Source: Tubulanus polymorphus (Eukaryota; Animalia; Nemertea). From it: a stretch of DNA of 64,000 bases. Location of the stretch: positions 20,580,345 through 20,644,344 of the forward strand of contig NC_134028.1 in the NCBI RefSeq assembly GCF_964204645.1, in the 5' to 3' direction. Both the position numbers and the translations under genes were made by a program. Under the pieces are notes generated by a model. The model did not search any database, was not told the origin of the DNA, and was given only the letters and a program-made list of their open reading frames with translations. This document shows positions 35,801 through 50,800 of this stretch, piece by piece. Every line of letters begins with the position of its first letter. Position 1 is the stretch's first letter.

Positions 35801-38800
35801 ATACCTGGATCGGATAAGTTGCGCGGTGGTTGGATGTTAAACGGTAAACCGAATGCCTACCCGACTAGTTATGGAATCTATGGCGTTGCCACGCGCGACT
35901 GGGGCTCGCACATGCATTTAACGTGGAAATTCGGCGCAAAAACCAACGCCGTCATCTACAATAATCTAACATCGAGTGAACACGTGTTCAACACTCCGCA
36001 GACGATCGCGGTGGAGCTCTCGGCCTCAAACGTATTGAATGCTGCCACGGCACCGGTGCAAACCATCGAACTGAGATATCCCGTGGGCGATATTAATCTA
36101 ATCGTGGACCCAATCGTTATCAGGAATACGAGTATATCAGCGACATTGAAACTAGGAAATAACGCCGAAGGAGCTTGCTATTATATAGATTTCAAAATTG
36201 CTACGCCTTGTCGGGAGTACATGTACGGCGACGCCGCATCCTGTCAAAGCGGCGAACACGGTTCAAAAATAGCCGCTATAGCGCCTGATTGCAAGAAATT
36301 CTTCACTGCCAATGAACGCAGTCAATATAGCAATGGTATACAGTTGCCGAAAATGAAAATGATGACGGCCGCTTTTTATTCCGTTATACTGGACGCGGTA
36401 AACGTCGTTAGTCGTCGGACTTTACCGATCCCGTTAGTAGTTACCCGCGGGCCGTGTTATCCCCCGAATGTCACTCTTCAAATCCCGGACGTATGTGCGA
36501 ATATGCGATATCCTGACTGTGGGGACTATCGAAGATACCCAGGCGCCTTCGGCGTGCTACGATCGGAGAGTCTCGTCGTAAATTCCGTCCCGATTCTGAA
36601 TTGTACTTCGTCGAAAATCGCCAATTACACTTGGACCATTTTCAAACAGGAAAACGGCGAGTTCGTCGAGATGACCGAAGACGAGTTGAACGGTACTGTA
36701 CTATCGTCTTCTAGTTTGCGTATGATTTACTTCGCGCCTCGGTTTTTCTCGTACGGGAACTATCGGCTGGAATTGAACGTATCCATGCACGAAGAGCAGG
36801 GTATTTTCAAGGTTGTGTCTGGTGACATTTTCGTAATAAGAACGCCGTTAGTCGTCAACATCAAAGGCGGCTACGAGACAACTATGAAATGGTTCGCTAA
36901 CGTGACGGTGTCCGTCGGTGATTCTACCTACGATCCCGACGATCCGGATAGAGACATGTCGAAGTTGAAATTCGATTGGTATTGCAAAAAATACTGCGAA
37001 ACTTTCGCCACATATGACCAGTATTTTAACGTGATGAGTGAAGGGAGGTTGTGTAATCCAGGGGATTTGACTCCGTTATTAGATGCGGCCAGCGCCAGCC
37101 AGTCCAGTAGACCACTCACCACCGTCGGATGTGTCAAATACGCAGATGAAATACAATATCCAGGTAGGAATTGAATCTAGAACATATAAAATGTATGTAC
37201 ATAATGAATGAATGTGTACTGTAATTCATAATGAAAACTGCAGAAACGACGAATTTCCTTTTAAGAAATCCGTTCTCCGTTTTGGCGCCCGCACCAAAAC
37301 AACAACAAAAAACGAATTCTCTCTAAAAATCCATCCAGGCCATAACATCTAGTGTGTTTGGTCCTTTCGACCCTTGAAAACCGATGGAACTGGTATCTTA
37401 TCTATGAACAGTTAGAATTCCCTTTTTACAACTGCAGGTTTAATGTATGACGCAAAAGGCAAACGTATCGATACGGCCAGCTTCGTAGTTGATACCGCTA
37501 ACTGGAACGAAGCTTTCAACTTAACGTTGAAACTCATGGTACTGAAATATGACCCGTTTTGGGGCGGCCTGAGAGCAGCGTATTTTGAGCAGTCAGTATC
37601 AGTGGTTAACGGTGACCCACCTGACATCAAAATGATGTAAGTGTTATCTTTGTAGTACGAATACAGTTAAGTCCCCTTCGTAGGACGTCTACCTTGTCCG
37701 CCGTAGATCCCCAAGCGTACGCGGCTAAATCTAACATTTATAGGCTTTAAACCTTTTTAATTACAAGGGGTTTTTAAAAATTTTTTTTTCAATAACAAAA
37801 TAATTGCTTCATCATATCAGCCTCGATTTTAAATCTAGTAACTTTCACAAGTTACTAATTCATCGTATTCATGATTTCTTTTGTTCCTAATTCATTATAC
37901 TTTAATTTATCCTATTTGTTGTTCTGTAATTATATATCTACTAAAGTTATATTCATCTTAATTTCTAGATCTCGTGATTTGAAAAAATTTATTTCTTCCG
38001 ACATTTGATTCAAATTCATTACAACTTTTTGCTTATTTTATGCAGTCCGTCCGAGGTTTTATGTGGATAATACTCAAACAATAATTTTGTTTTAAATACG
38101 ATTTTCCGTTCCCTTCCGTTTTAAAACGTCCAAAATAGCTCATTTTTATTTTTTCCCTTCGTTCTCCCACTTTTTTGAAAAAAAATCCATACTCCGAGTA
38201 ACTAAAAACGACCTCGATAGCACACATGTAAACTATACGGAATCGATGACGTTTCTCAAAAAAAACTTCAAGACACATTTTCGGTAATTTCTGCAAAACC
38301 TTTGCGTAAATTTTGGTAATCGTTTTTGTTTTTAGATGTGTTACGAACTGTCAAACTAAAATGAATCCCAGCAGCCGATTTTCAATAGGAACGACCATCA
38401 CAAATTTCCCGGGGCTTCGCGATTTCGGTTTCGAGTAAGTTTATACGACCCTTCTCCAATCATAGGTAATGATAATCAAATCATTCGATGTTTTCCAGAT
38501 AATCCGAAGTAATAGGTAACAAACTGGATAAGGCGTGAAGATACACAACATCCGTATAAGATAAACATGCGGGAGAAATCCCATAATAAATTCAGCCAAA
38601 GGTCATAAGTTCTAGAATGGAAGTGTATATTACAGTTGTGTTGTTACAGCGCACATGATAAATAACAGTGGCCCCTACTTCGTCGGCGCCAACAAAGTAA
38701 AATGCGATGATGGATTTTCGCAAGGTCGAATGCTCAAAACTATGGAAGACCTCAGACGACATACGAGATATGAGATATAACATACGAGATATGAGATGCA

Positions 38801-41800
38801 ACATACGAGATACGACATATGACATACGAGATACGACTTATTTACAGTACGGGTGTCCGTCCGCTAGCGCCACCGCAGTGTATATTTTTCAACATCTACT
38901 CGGCGTACGACACGTGCGCAGGCAGTGACGTATACATTAACTATGAATATCAATATGCGAAAAACGTTTCATTTGAAACGAAAAATATTTAAAAATATTC
39001 GACCACTCCCGGGGACCGGCTTCTCGCTGTGACGACAGTGGGCCACTCTTAGTGTGAGACACCGATGGTCCGGTGATTCGAGTTGGCTCCAAATACGGGG
39101 CTACAGCCCCGAAATCCACCAAAAACGCCTCAAATTCCATTTTTGAGTGTACAAAAATCCCTCAAAAAGAGTTAGCCATGGCCCCTTCAAATTGGTGGTC
39201 ACTAAGAATTGCGCCTAGTCAAGGGTTTAAACTTCGCGTTCGATCGAGGGTTTTCGATGAAGAATGAAAGATGTATGTATATTACGAATGCCGATGACCA
39301 AAGAGTTTGAAAAAAATTCCGACACACGCGGAATCTGTTTAGTGTACTATGATTTCAACGAATGAATTGGAAACATGGACATGAATTAAAAATACTAAAG
39401 ATAACATAAATTTATTGAATGAATTATTCATTAAATATCAGAATGGAGTTCCATTGTATCACTCTCAGCTCCTGGCCCTAGTCCAGCTGATTTCGTTTAT
39501 CACGACGTTTTTTGCGACGGGTGCAAACGCAACATGCAACGTTTCGGTGTTCCGCTAATTCCCTGTCTAAAGAAATGTTACTTGATATTTCCATGGATCT
39601 CTTATCTTTACAAATGTAAGAGCTGTTGTGTTTTGCTGAAGACTTATGTATGTGGTTCCTGTACTTTTGTCAATAAACAGTTTTAAAACTGGCCATGATA
39701 ATTGATAAGAATGATCTTAAATTGTATTCTCCGATTATGAAAGTTATTCAGATTCAGCCATTGGCCCTTTTCATGAAAGATGTCAGAAAAGAAAGATAGC
39801 CAAAAAGCCCTCAGAATACACAAGTACCTAAATTGAACAAATTTTCAGGGGAGGACCCCAGACTATGGCTTCAGAAAGACAGTGCCGCATACTGCCCTGA
39901 CGGTTAGCGAAAACTGGCCAGTCTCGACTCTCAACGGCTGGTCTAGTGGACTCACCAGTCTGCCCCGGTAGCTCGATAGGGATGGAATTTAGCTGGGGAT
40001 TTCACACCTTGAGAGAGAGCACGGGAGTTCTTAATCTGGATACCAGGGCGATATACGGGTTCCCTGGTTGTTTGGGATTCAAGAACTCAGGCAGGGGTGT
40101 CAAACAGCGGAGGAGGGGTACAAGGGAGCCGGGATTTCCGGCTGCGGATTTAGAATTTTGATTTCTGATGCAGAAAAGCCGGCGGTTACGGCGGGCGGTG
40201 AACAGTAGTTATTTTTTCTGCAGGCAGTGAGTAACCGGAACCCCGGCTCCTGAACACCAGGCCGTTTTCAGACCAAAGGAAGACAAGAAATAGCATAATA
40301 TTATGAACTTGAACAGTTTGATATCTTTTTAGTTTTGTGATTTGAAAAACCTTTCGTCGCCCGCGGGAGAGGAACGGCCGGCGCGCCTAGTCCAGGGTGT
40401 TCACAGTATGGCCTAATCGTTGTGTCCGGTCCAGGTGTCCATTATCCAAAAGAAATCTATTTCTGGTTTGAATAAAATGTTGACTATGTTGGTTTTCATA
40501 TAATTGACGATGACTGTACGCGTCACCATGTTAAACGATTTATATGCAGTAAATATTGAAAAAACATACACTGTGGCGGCGCTAGCGGACGGACACCCGT
40601 ACTGTAAATAAGTCGTACCTCGTATGTCATATGTCGTATCTCGTATGTTGCATCTCATATCTCGTATGTTATATCTCATATCTCGTATGTCGTCTGAGGT
40701 CTTCCATACAAAACACGTCTACCTATCATGACGCAGCTCTGCAGAGACTAAGGTGCAAGGTATCCGATTGGCTATTGAACAGCTGCGAGCGCCACGTGAA
40801 GGTTTAGTGATAGATGGCGCCAGTGCGTGGTCCTCAGTCTCTCGTCGCGTAAATACAATTATCCACCATTCGATGGACAATTTCCCTTAATTTGAGCAAC
40901 GTTTGGGCTAAAGACTATTCGCAATCATCAGTACGTCTGAACCAATTCGCGAGGAGTTTTGCTAATCGCTTTAGATCTTTGGCTGAATTATTGTGGGATT
41001 TCTCACGTACATATACGTGTGGGATATATTATGTTGACATGAAAAATCGCATTTTAGCTGGACGTTGAGAAAAGTGAAAATCCAAGGTCACACAATCCTT
41101 TTCCAAACAATTGCGCTAAACGATTGGGCGAAATCAGTGCCCACTGGTATCACGCATGATTACATTTCTATATACCCAGCTGTAGATGGCTATTTCAACA
41201 ATTTGAGAACCGATCAAGATGCGAGATACGCGCTATTAGTGCAGTCGTGGAGGACAGCAAACCCGAAAATCAAAGGTATAAAATCATCGTGTCTGTCTTA
41301 CCTGGTCTTACTTTAATTCGGCTCGGCTGAATGAATATTTGTGGTTTTGTCTTTAGGCCAGTTTCTGGCTTATAACCTATGCTGAGGGGGCGCCAAAACA
41401 GCATCATGGTTTCCAACAAAATCAGTTTAAGAGAGCTACGTCTTTTTCTTAGGGCCGAAATGTTCCTTTTTGCATCTGCCCTTTTGAAATGGTGTCTGTA
41501 TTGAAATCTAGGACCGCTAGTATCTTCGGTCTAGTAGGCCATAGAAAGAGGTACCAAACTAGTCGGCGGACGTTTGGTTCATGTGATTGGAAATTTATAC
41601 GAGGTTTAATACGTCATTTTCAACTCCAAACGTGAGAATCTTAACTGATAACCTAGTTGACCTCAGATATAACTTCAAAACGGATGCTGTTAGTTTTTCT
41701 TTGCATCGATAGGTAAGGCCAGTCTGCCGTTCGAGATTAACGATACTCCGAAGGAAGGGATTTGCGGTGTGGATCCGCCTGAAGGAACGGCAATCGGTAC

Positions 41801-44800
41801 AGAGTTTAACGTTTTCTGTAGTAAGGATTGTAGCGATCAGGACGGTCCACTTCGGTACAAGATCGCTTACAGGGTAAAGCCTACAGATGATCCCATTTGG
41901 ATTTACGACGGTGAGATATGATATTTAAAACACTTTTTCCACGAAAAAGATTCTTCTGATATAATGACAGTGGTTACTTAAGCTGATGACCGACATTATT
42001 CAAGCAATATAAACGTCAAATAATGGCTGCGTCGTAGCAATCATCACGAAAATACATTTGTCTTTTGAATTAGAAACAATTGAAAATCAAGTATCATTTA
42101 CAATCCCGACAATTATACTGACTGTTATTGTATTGTAGATCTATCATACGATTTTAAGATTGTAATTTCGGAGTGTAATTTTACTTAGGTTTTCAATTCA
42201 ATTTCAGGCAACAACGCGACGATGGACAAACCCTCAATGTTACCGACAGGTTTAGTGTCTAATGACTATCACTTAAATGTGACATTGCGTTGTTTAGACC
42301 GGCTGGGTGCCCTTACTGATATGTTCCTTTCAGTCAAAGTACGTCGTGATTTTTATGAAATAAAAAACCTGATTTGTTGGTGAAAACAGATCGTTTGTAC
42401 ATGACGTCATCACACGTTCATTGTACGTCATGATTGGCCATTCACTCCATTGAAAATCCCGGAAAAGCAACACCATTTTAATTGTAAATTTGGATTTAAT
42501 TGATTTTAAAACTATTTAGTAATTTAGTTAAAATAGCTATACGACGTGGCTTGGTCGTGTGTATAGCTTGTGTCTTAGTAACAATTTAAGACAGCATGTG
42601 ATTGCACGGGCATGGTCTGCATTATAGCCATTCTTATATATTCCACTTCAACGTTGTTTTCTAAATCTTAAAGCCGCGCTTTCGTAAGTCCAGCAATATA
42701 AACCGCCTAATACTTTTACAGGTGCTGCCACCTACGCCTAAAACTATCGCCAATACTCTGTCTAAGTGGTCAGTGGTTGAAGCGAAGATTCAGGATCAAT
42801 TGGCGGCAGCTAATCTTGCAGGATTCGCCCAGTTCATAGGTTTATACGGCGGCTATCTGAATAACGAAGCGGCCAGTGATGATGCACAGTTCAACGATTG
42901 TAAGCATTCTTTACACGATGGCACATAAAGCCTATTAAATATTAAACGGATCGCATTAGTTTTAGGGTGTCCTCAAATTCTAACACGACATTGACACGGT
43001 TGGATATGGAGGTTTTGAGCCATTTGTTTTTCTTCTGTTGAATCTTTAGCAGCATTCATATCGTTTATACGACTGGAATTATGAAATTCATTTTGATAAT
43101 AAGGGATTGGAGATCTGTTATTCGTTTCTTGTTTATTTTACATAAACAGATTTGAATTCGCTGAACCAAACGTTTGATGCAGCGAATATACCACCGAGGA
43201 ACGAATCCCTTCTTGCCAGACAAAAAGTGAGAGAAAAGGTAATCCAGTGGTAATCCATTGAGGATTTCAATACCGGTATCATCCGTAACCATATCCCGTC
43301 CTACCAAATCAAGTAAACCCTTTGTTCGGGGTTGACATTTGACCCGACATTACTGGGCTGATCTAAGCCCAATTAATGAGCACGGTTTGGACGACTGGTA
43401 CTAACAACTCCGACGAGGATTTGAAAATGTTCTTGGACTTGTCCCAACTGACAACTTGATAAATACCAAAAATTTGGCATCGGTCTCACTCCGATGACGC
43501 ATGATTTATTTTTCAGTATCGTGAATTAGTTGTGGGCGAATATACAGCAATAACGCCTCCTACTATCGGCGTTTTGAACCAGCTAGCTTCAGCGTTAGGT
43601 GTAGTAACAGCGCGTCATGACGAGTTATCCATTAGAACGATTGTAAGTTGTAACGAAACGATTTTATCTAATTGAAACCCTTTCGGTGCTGACTAATCAA
43701 TACCTTCTAGTGCGGTAGCCAGTGCGGCGTACTAACAAAGTCCATTATCGATTTATACCCCGCACTGCGGTGTAGACGCACTGAAAGGTTTCATCAAGTT
43801 TGGTTATATATATATATATAGTTTATTTTCAAGAGAAGTTGGTTGGCGAGTAAAAGTAATCGAAAAAAGAATCTCGCGGGTCGGAATTCAGTGAACCTCT
43901 TTAATACCCATTATGCTTGCGTCACTAAATAAGGTCTACAGAAAACAGTTCCAGTTTACTTATAAGTTTTCCATCTTCTTTTGATGTCAAATAGGAATTG
44001 CTTTACGCAATACTGACGGATTACTGTCATATGTCAATTCAACGCGCGGGTCAAGTTGAAAGTTCCGCCGAAGACATTGAGAGCGTTAGCAGGTTTTTAC
44101 TGGAAGTGGTCGGTAGGTTATTTCTAAGATTGTACACTATAAACTATACTGAACATTATTCCTTTCCGTTTGTATTCAACTCAAACGTAAAACTCATATC
44201 AGTTTACTACTGGCTTCAAGCGACCAGACCCTATTAACCAAATGATCATCATTTCTGATACGACGACAAAAATTAATGCTTGATTCAAATTTGAACTGGG
44301 AGTGTGGAAGCAGCTCTTGGGCCACGGGTCTGCGATCGAATTCAAGTTCTTAATTGGCTTTTGTTTCTTTTCCTTTGATCTAAGGTTTCGAAGATTTATC
44401 TTAGTATAATGGGTCTATTCAATTTAGGAAATGCGGCTATTGGTGCTGGAGAGGTCAGCAAAAATGCGCAAAAAGAAATTGCCATGTATGAATCGATGTT
44501 GAATCCGAATAGTAAACAACAAAATACTCCTCCAACAAGAACTTTGTCTCCGGCTGAATTACAGAAAGAAATGCTAAAACTGGATGATGTTGTAAATACG
44601 GTATGTAATTAACTGTTTTAACGGCTGAGTCAAAAGTATTCATTGACACTGTTGAACGCCGTCGATAAGCCTTCCAACGCGGTCGTTCAAAAATTCATTT
44701 CTTACGATGATGGTAAAGCGCGAAAGTCCAACGCATCTAAAAATACGCATGTAATTTCTGCGAAGGTTTAAATGTGAGATTGAGCCACACGTTTTGACTA

Positions 44801-47800
44801 TCCAGTACATATAGCCGCAAAAGGCTACAATGCAAATTCGGTTACAAGACAATAGGATATACATGTACGTATGGCCAACATTTTGCTAGGGGTTAGAAGA
44901 CAATATGAGGTTTATACACAAATGACTAAACAGATACCATTATAAAAATCAATCGTTTGTTCAACTAATATTTTGCATGACGCGACTTTCCAATAGACAT
45001 GTTTATGTTGTTATGATCGTTTTAGGCTAAACAGTATATTCTGGATTTGGACACATTAGTTAAATCTTGTATGGTTATGATTGTGATGCAACGAAAAGTT
45101 CCCGGCGACGAGCCAAGCGTTATGACAACGGCATCAATAAGTATGAGTCTGGAAAAGAGGTTTTCTGGAGACCTATCCAAAAGTATGTAATATCAAAATG
45201 TTCGATTTATTACTATTTGAATCGACTAATTGAGTTTCTTTTTGCAATTTAGAACCTATCACGCCTGGCAGGAAAAACTCGAAGGATAAAATAGATTTGC
45301 CTAACCCTTCGTTGATAGTCGGAGAAGGGAATGACACGACTTACTTTGTAGAGTCAAAGGTTCGTATTAGTGGAACATCAAAAGCTCTAAGTATACAATT
45401 TCTCCTATATTTTGTCGGATATCAAAAATGTATGTTAACACGTTTTCGTGCTCTTCGTATTTAAGTGTCTTTCAATCAGTTCAAACATTTATACGTTTTC
45501 GAACAACACCGGTAACGACGCGGCAACCAAACCCAAGGAAGTGACGTCAGGACTACTGTCGTTAGATATGAGAAATGAAACCGGTGACCCGATGATCGTT
45601 GGCGGTCTGCCAGACCCGATCGTACTAGTTATCGAAAGGAAACGAAACGGCGTAAATATCGTAGCAAAGAAACTGTTGTTAATGTTAATTAGTAATATCA
45701 GATATTGCACTTTATCATGTTTTTTTTTTTGAATGTACTTAGATTCCAGATATAAGTGTTGTAGAATCGACGAAGCCTAATGAGGAAATGCTGATCCATA
45801 CTATAACGGTACCACTTGACGCAACGCTCGGCATTAAAGTTGTATTAAGTGAAAACGCCACGGACCTCGTCAACGGCACAACAGAATCGACTACCAACAA
45901 CAACACGCAGCAAGCCCCAACTACAAAGTTGTCTTCAATTTCAAATAGCACGACTTCAAATACGGTTACATCCTCGAGTTCCAGCGTTACTTCTCCGAGC
46001 GCTGCAACTTCCAGTAGTACTCCCCGAACTACTTTACCAAATTCCAAGATTTTTAAGACTCCAGACCAGACATTGGACACTACTTCATTCAATGTAACTG
46101 ATGTAACCAATGTTACCACTTTCGGCGCAACAACTGCCGGTATAACCAATACCAAAACTATTGTCACTGGGACATCTGCAACTGTGACTTCACTGACAAA
46201 TTCAACTCCGTCGATAAATCCAAAAATTAATGTTACTACAACAGCCCCGATGAAAGGTACTCACACTCCTTTTTATTGTCATCATCTACACAATCTACGA
46301 ACGGTCGGAGTTAACTTGATTTGTAATTACGGTTGTTATCAGCGAAAGTTTTTTTAAAGCGTTGATTTGAATTCATGGATGAAAGATTATGATATCGAAG
46401 AACATGAACTTTGTCAATGGTGCAACCGATATCATTAGACTTAAACATTTCAGGTCACGTAGTAAGCGTGTGAATACACATTTCTGAATTGTTTCTCAAT
46501 TTTGTTAAAGATCCTCCTGGTGGTTTTGTTCTTTCGGAGAATATAACGAGATTCGTCGTTTTCGTCAAAGTCGGTTCACGTCCAACTGTTTCTAAACATG
46601 ATTTCAACTGCACGCTGCCCTTTCATGCTGAAACTGATGTGAATGGCTCTACAGCAGCAGAAAGGGATCTGAATACATGCTTGTTCCACAACATTCTAAA
46701 TGGGTAAACGATGTATTGACACCAAGTATTGATTGTTCTGCATAAGCTTAACAGTTTTAATCCAAAATATTTCAAGTCATTCTTTGCGCGAGTAAGTTTT
46801 CGATTTAATCAGATATTTTAACCTGCATATCATACTGAACGACTTTTTTTTGCAGAACCGATAAACCAGTTTATGTTGGCATCAAGGCTTTGAATGGAAC
46901 TATAGGTTAGATGCCCGATTCTATGACGCAAACATGCATTTCTTGAAAATTTATTCCGAATTCTTCAAGATACCGTCTACGATTCGTTTGCAGATCCTGC
47001 CAATGCAACTGTCGATGATTACAAGGAGGCTATTTACAATGCATCATTTTTCACTGCTGATTGCTTGTACTGGAATACAAAGACCGAAGAATGGTCGAAT
47101 GCTGGCTGCACGGTAAAATATCCTCTTGGAAACCCTTCTTACTTCATCTGACGTGGAATACGATTTTTGAGGAAGCTCCCTGAGGTCAAAATTCATTCTG
47201 GATCCTAGTCATAATCAATATCTAGTTTTGACTGGCCGCCCTCCTTTGTTTTGAGTAAAATCCACTTGAAGTATTCTTTCGTTCTTGACTCGAGGCGCTG
47301 GCCACCAGTCAAATTTAATAACCCTCCCATTTACCGCCGCCCCCACCTACCGCCAATGTACATCTCAATACAAATACATAGTACAACACCCCGATATACC
47401 GCCATTCACTCTCCATATAGTCAAAATCGTTCTGAACCGATGTGGCCGGTATACCGGGGGTTGGCTGTAGTTTGAAATCTCTGGCGCTAATCGTATCTAT
47501 GTTCTACCACAGGTTGGTGACCTAACTACTAGTGATAGCACGCAGTGTAAATGCACACATTTGACGACGTTCGGGTCGTCTTTTACGATTCCTCTACCGA
47601 AAATAGATTTTAGCGGCGGATTTCTCAATCCTAACGACAATCCAGTGGTGTTCGGTACGATGGTGTCTCTACTATGTTTATACTTAATTCTACTGATCTG
47701 GGCTGTTAAAGCCGACAGAAAAGATCTCGTAAGGGTAAGGTTTCAGAAATTTACAATAACAAGATATGTTCTGGACCGATAGTTGCACAGTCAAAACCCT

Positions 47801-50800
47801 AAAAATGTCTGTCAAAATCTCTAAAAATGTTATTTGAGTATTTGAGACAACATGGCCTTGATGGTCGTATCTAACCCTTCACTGTGTTACTGACGCATAG
47901 TTTTACATTTGTAGATGATGTTGTGTAAAAATGCTTTTTAACGAATTATCAATGGATAGTATTAACATCATTATACCTATTTTTCGATAGGCTGGTTCCA
48001 CGCCGCTGCCGGATAACGATCCCCGAGATAAATACATTTATGAAATACTCGTAACTACAGGAGAAGCGAAAGAAGCCGGTATTGTGAACGAAATCCAACT
48101 CGTATTCCCTTTGAAAGTTCCTTAGATCTATCACCTGACTTACGTACGTGTTTCCTGCGTGTCCTCATGTGTTTATATTTTCAGGTACGACAGCTCAAGT
48201 ATCGTTTGTATTGACCGGTGAAGATGGTGATACGGGTCCCAGAGTTTTAATGGATGAGAAAAGGAAGGTTCTTCAAAAAGGCGATGTTAATTCGTTCATT
48301 ATGGTAGTGCCGAAACCGCTGGGAAACTTAGCGCATTTACGGTAATACGTTGACTAATACATTAAAACATTTCTAAATGATATTCTATCAACATCTGAAT
48401 TAGGAGAACTAATACGTATTTCTTACTGTCAAGTGTAAATCTTCGATACCATACTGTCTTATTTAGTTTCTCTTAATTTAATCTCAATGATAGAAAGTTA
48501 ATTTGAAATGTATCATTCAGTATTTGGCACGATAATGGTGGCAAGAATCCGTCTTGGTTTTTCAACCAGATGCAAGTAACCGATATTCAAACTCTGGATA
48601 GATATCTGTTCATTTGTGACAAATGGTTGGCCGTAGAACAAGAAGACGGTTTGGTGAGTGTCATTCCAATTCCTTCTTCTCCACTGGGACCTTATGTGTT
48701 GTTTTGCCTAAGCATTGTAAAAACTGATACATGTATAACCAAAACATGTTCTTAGCTGCAACAGTTCTCATCAAATAAGCACTGATAAGCAATAAATGAT
48801 CCGAAATATACGTAGATTGCTTTTTGAAACGTGAGCAGTGGAATTAGCAATGGGCCAGACCTTGCAAGTTATGGTTAATATAAACGTTTTTAATTAATTA
48901 TTTACTACCTACGTAATAACGTTAAAAACTAGTAGGCCTTAATGGACCACTAGCATTAATGAACCAATCGTCTACTTGAGATATGTCGATGCGTTTTTTC
49001 AGATCGACAGAATAATTCCCCTAGCGGGAGACATCGAGATGAAAGCCTTCAACTATCTATTCTGGTCGAAAACTCGCAAAGACCTCTCCGACGGGCATAT
49101 TTGGTTATCGGTTTTTAAAAGACCTCCGAAAAGCAACTTCACCCGCGTTCAGAGATTGACGTGTTGTTTAACCCTCGTCTACGTGTCGATGATGGCCAGT
49201 TTGACCTTCTACAAGGCCATGGCGATGCGGCAAAACGTCACGCAAATTGTCATCGGGCCGATCAAGTTTACGCTCGAGCAACTGGTCGTTTCTATCCTGG
49301 CGTCGTTGATAATCGTACCGGTGAATGTGTTTATCGTGCTGCTGTTCAGGATGTCCGGTCCCTGGCCACCGAACGCCTGTGGCAAATGTTGTCGCAAAAA
49401 ACGCGTGTGCGACTCGAAATACAGCGAAATGAAGTCGTACCAGGCTTCGGAGGCGATGGAAATAGAGTTGCAAAACGAAAAAGAGTATCTAGATACAGGC
49501 ACGTAAATGCCTAAATCAAGCCCGTTTTGACTGGAATTTAGCTACTTATCTAACTAATCATTTGTACTTATTTACGGTTCAGGCGAGAGAAAATCCGCGA
49601 CACCATCGCGACGACCTTGGAACGACTCCCAAACCAGTCAGAAAATCAGCTACACGGACGCATCGGGCTACGGGAAAATACCAGAATCACCGAAAAAAGA
49701 CGACCAGAAAAAGAAAAAGAAGAAAGTGGTTTTGCCGTGGTGGTGTGTGATTGTCGGCCATACGCTTGCATTTATTGCCGTGGCAGTGAGCTTCTATTTC
49801 GCGAACATGTTCTCCAAAGACCTCGGGTTATCAGGCTCTAAGGAGTGGATTGCATCATTTGGAGTTTCTCTCATCCAGTCCATCATGCTTCAACAACCGA
49901 TTAAGGTACCGTAGTACATTCACCATAGTATATTCTCACGTGGGTTCGAACTTTTTGCATTTTTTTTACTTTTGTGATGAAGTGTTATCACATCTCTATG
50001 CATTGATTGCCATTATTATGTTTACATTAATTGTATGTAATTTATTATGCTTAGATAAATAAAGATTATTATATTTCTCTTTTTTTCGTTTTTTCATTCA
50101 GTAGATGAATGATCGTTTCATGTCATTTCACTTCCCTTGACATTTTTCAGGTTTTGTTTTTGGCCCTTCTTTACGCCCTGATCATCAAGAAACCCGACCT
50201 TGAGGAACCGGACGAGAGCGAGTACGACAACAGCCTCAAGGACAACGAGGAGTGGTTGCACGATCCTTACTGCAACTCGCCTGATATTAAAGAAAAAATC
50301 GCTCGATATAAAGCCATACCACTGCCGCCGGACGAGGAAGAACTTAAAGCTGCCAGGGATAAGAGGTACGTACGAATGAATACAATTTAGGCAATAGAGA
50401 TAAATCAAAACAAATCAAGTCAGATGACAGCCTCGATAAACTGAAGACATATATACATGGTGAGGAACTAAAAGCTACCTGGAATAAGAGGGAATAGACT
50501 GTAGGCCATTCCAATCATGGAATCAAGAATCCATGTTCCAATAAAGATGACAAAGGCAGAGATACATGGTATTCACACTTAGGACCAAATGCTTTTTAGT
50601 CGGAATCGTAGTAACAGTTCATTTGTTGTTTGGTTTAAACGCTAAGCAGCCAGTTAAAACGTGGTTCCTCAGCCGTAAGCGAAATTTAACTCATGGTTGG
50701 AATGACATACATAAATATTTCAGTTCTTTTCCCCGATCCTACCCGCAAAACTGCAACCTTGTTCTTTGTCGTGTTAACATGGTCAATTCTCATCTCTTTT

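Noticed and set aside
34865-37174. 769-aa ORF as a stand-alone surface protein
   Set aside because: It is bounded by splice sites (ttttag at ~34882, caggtagg at ~37162) and is an internal polycystin exon.
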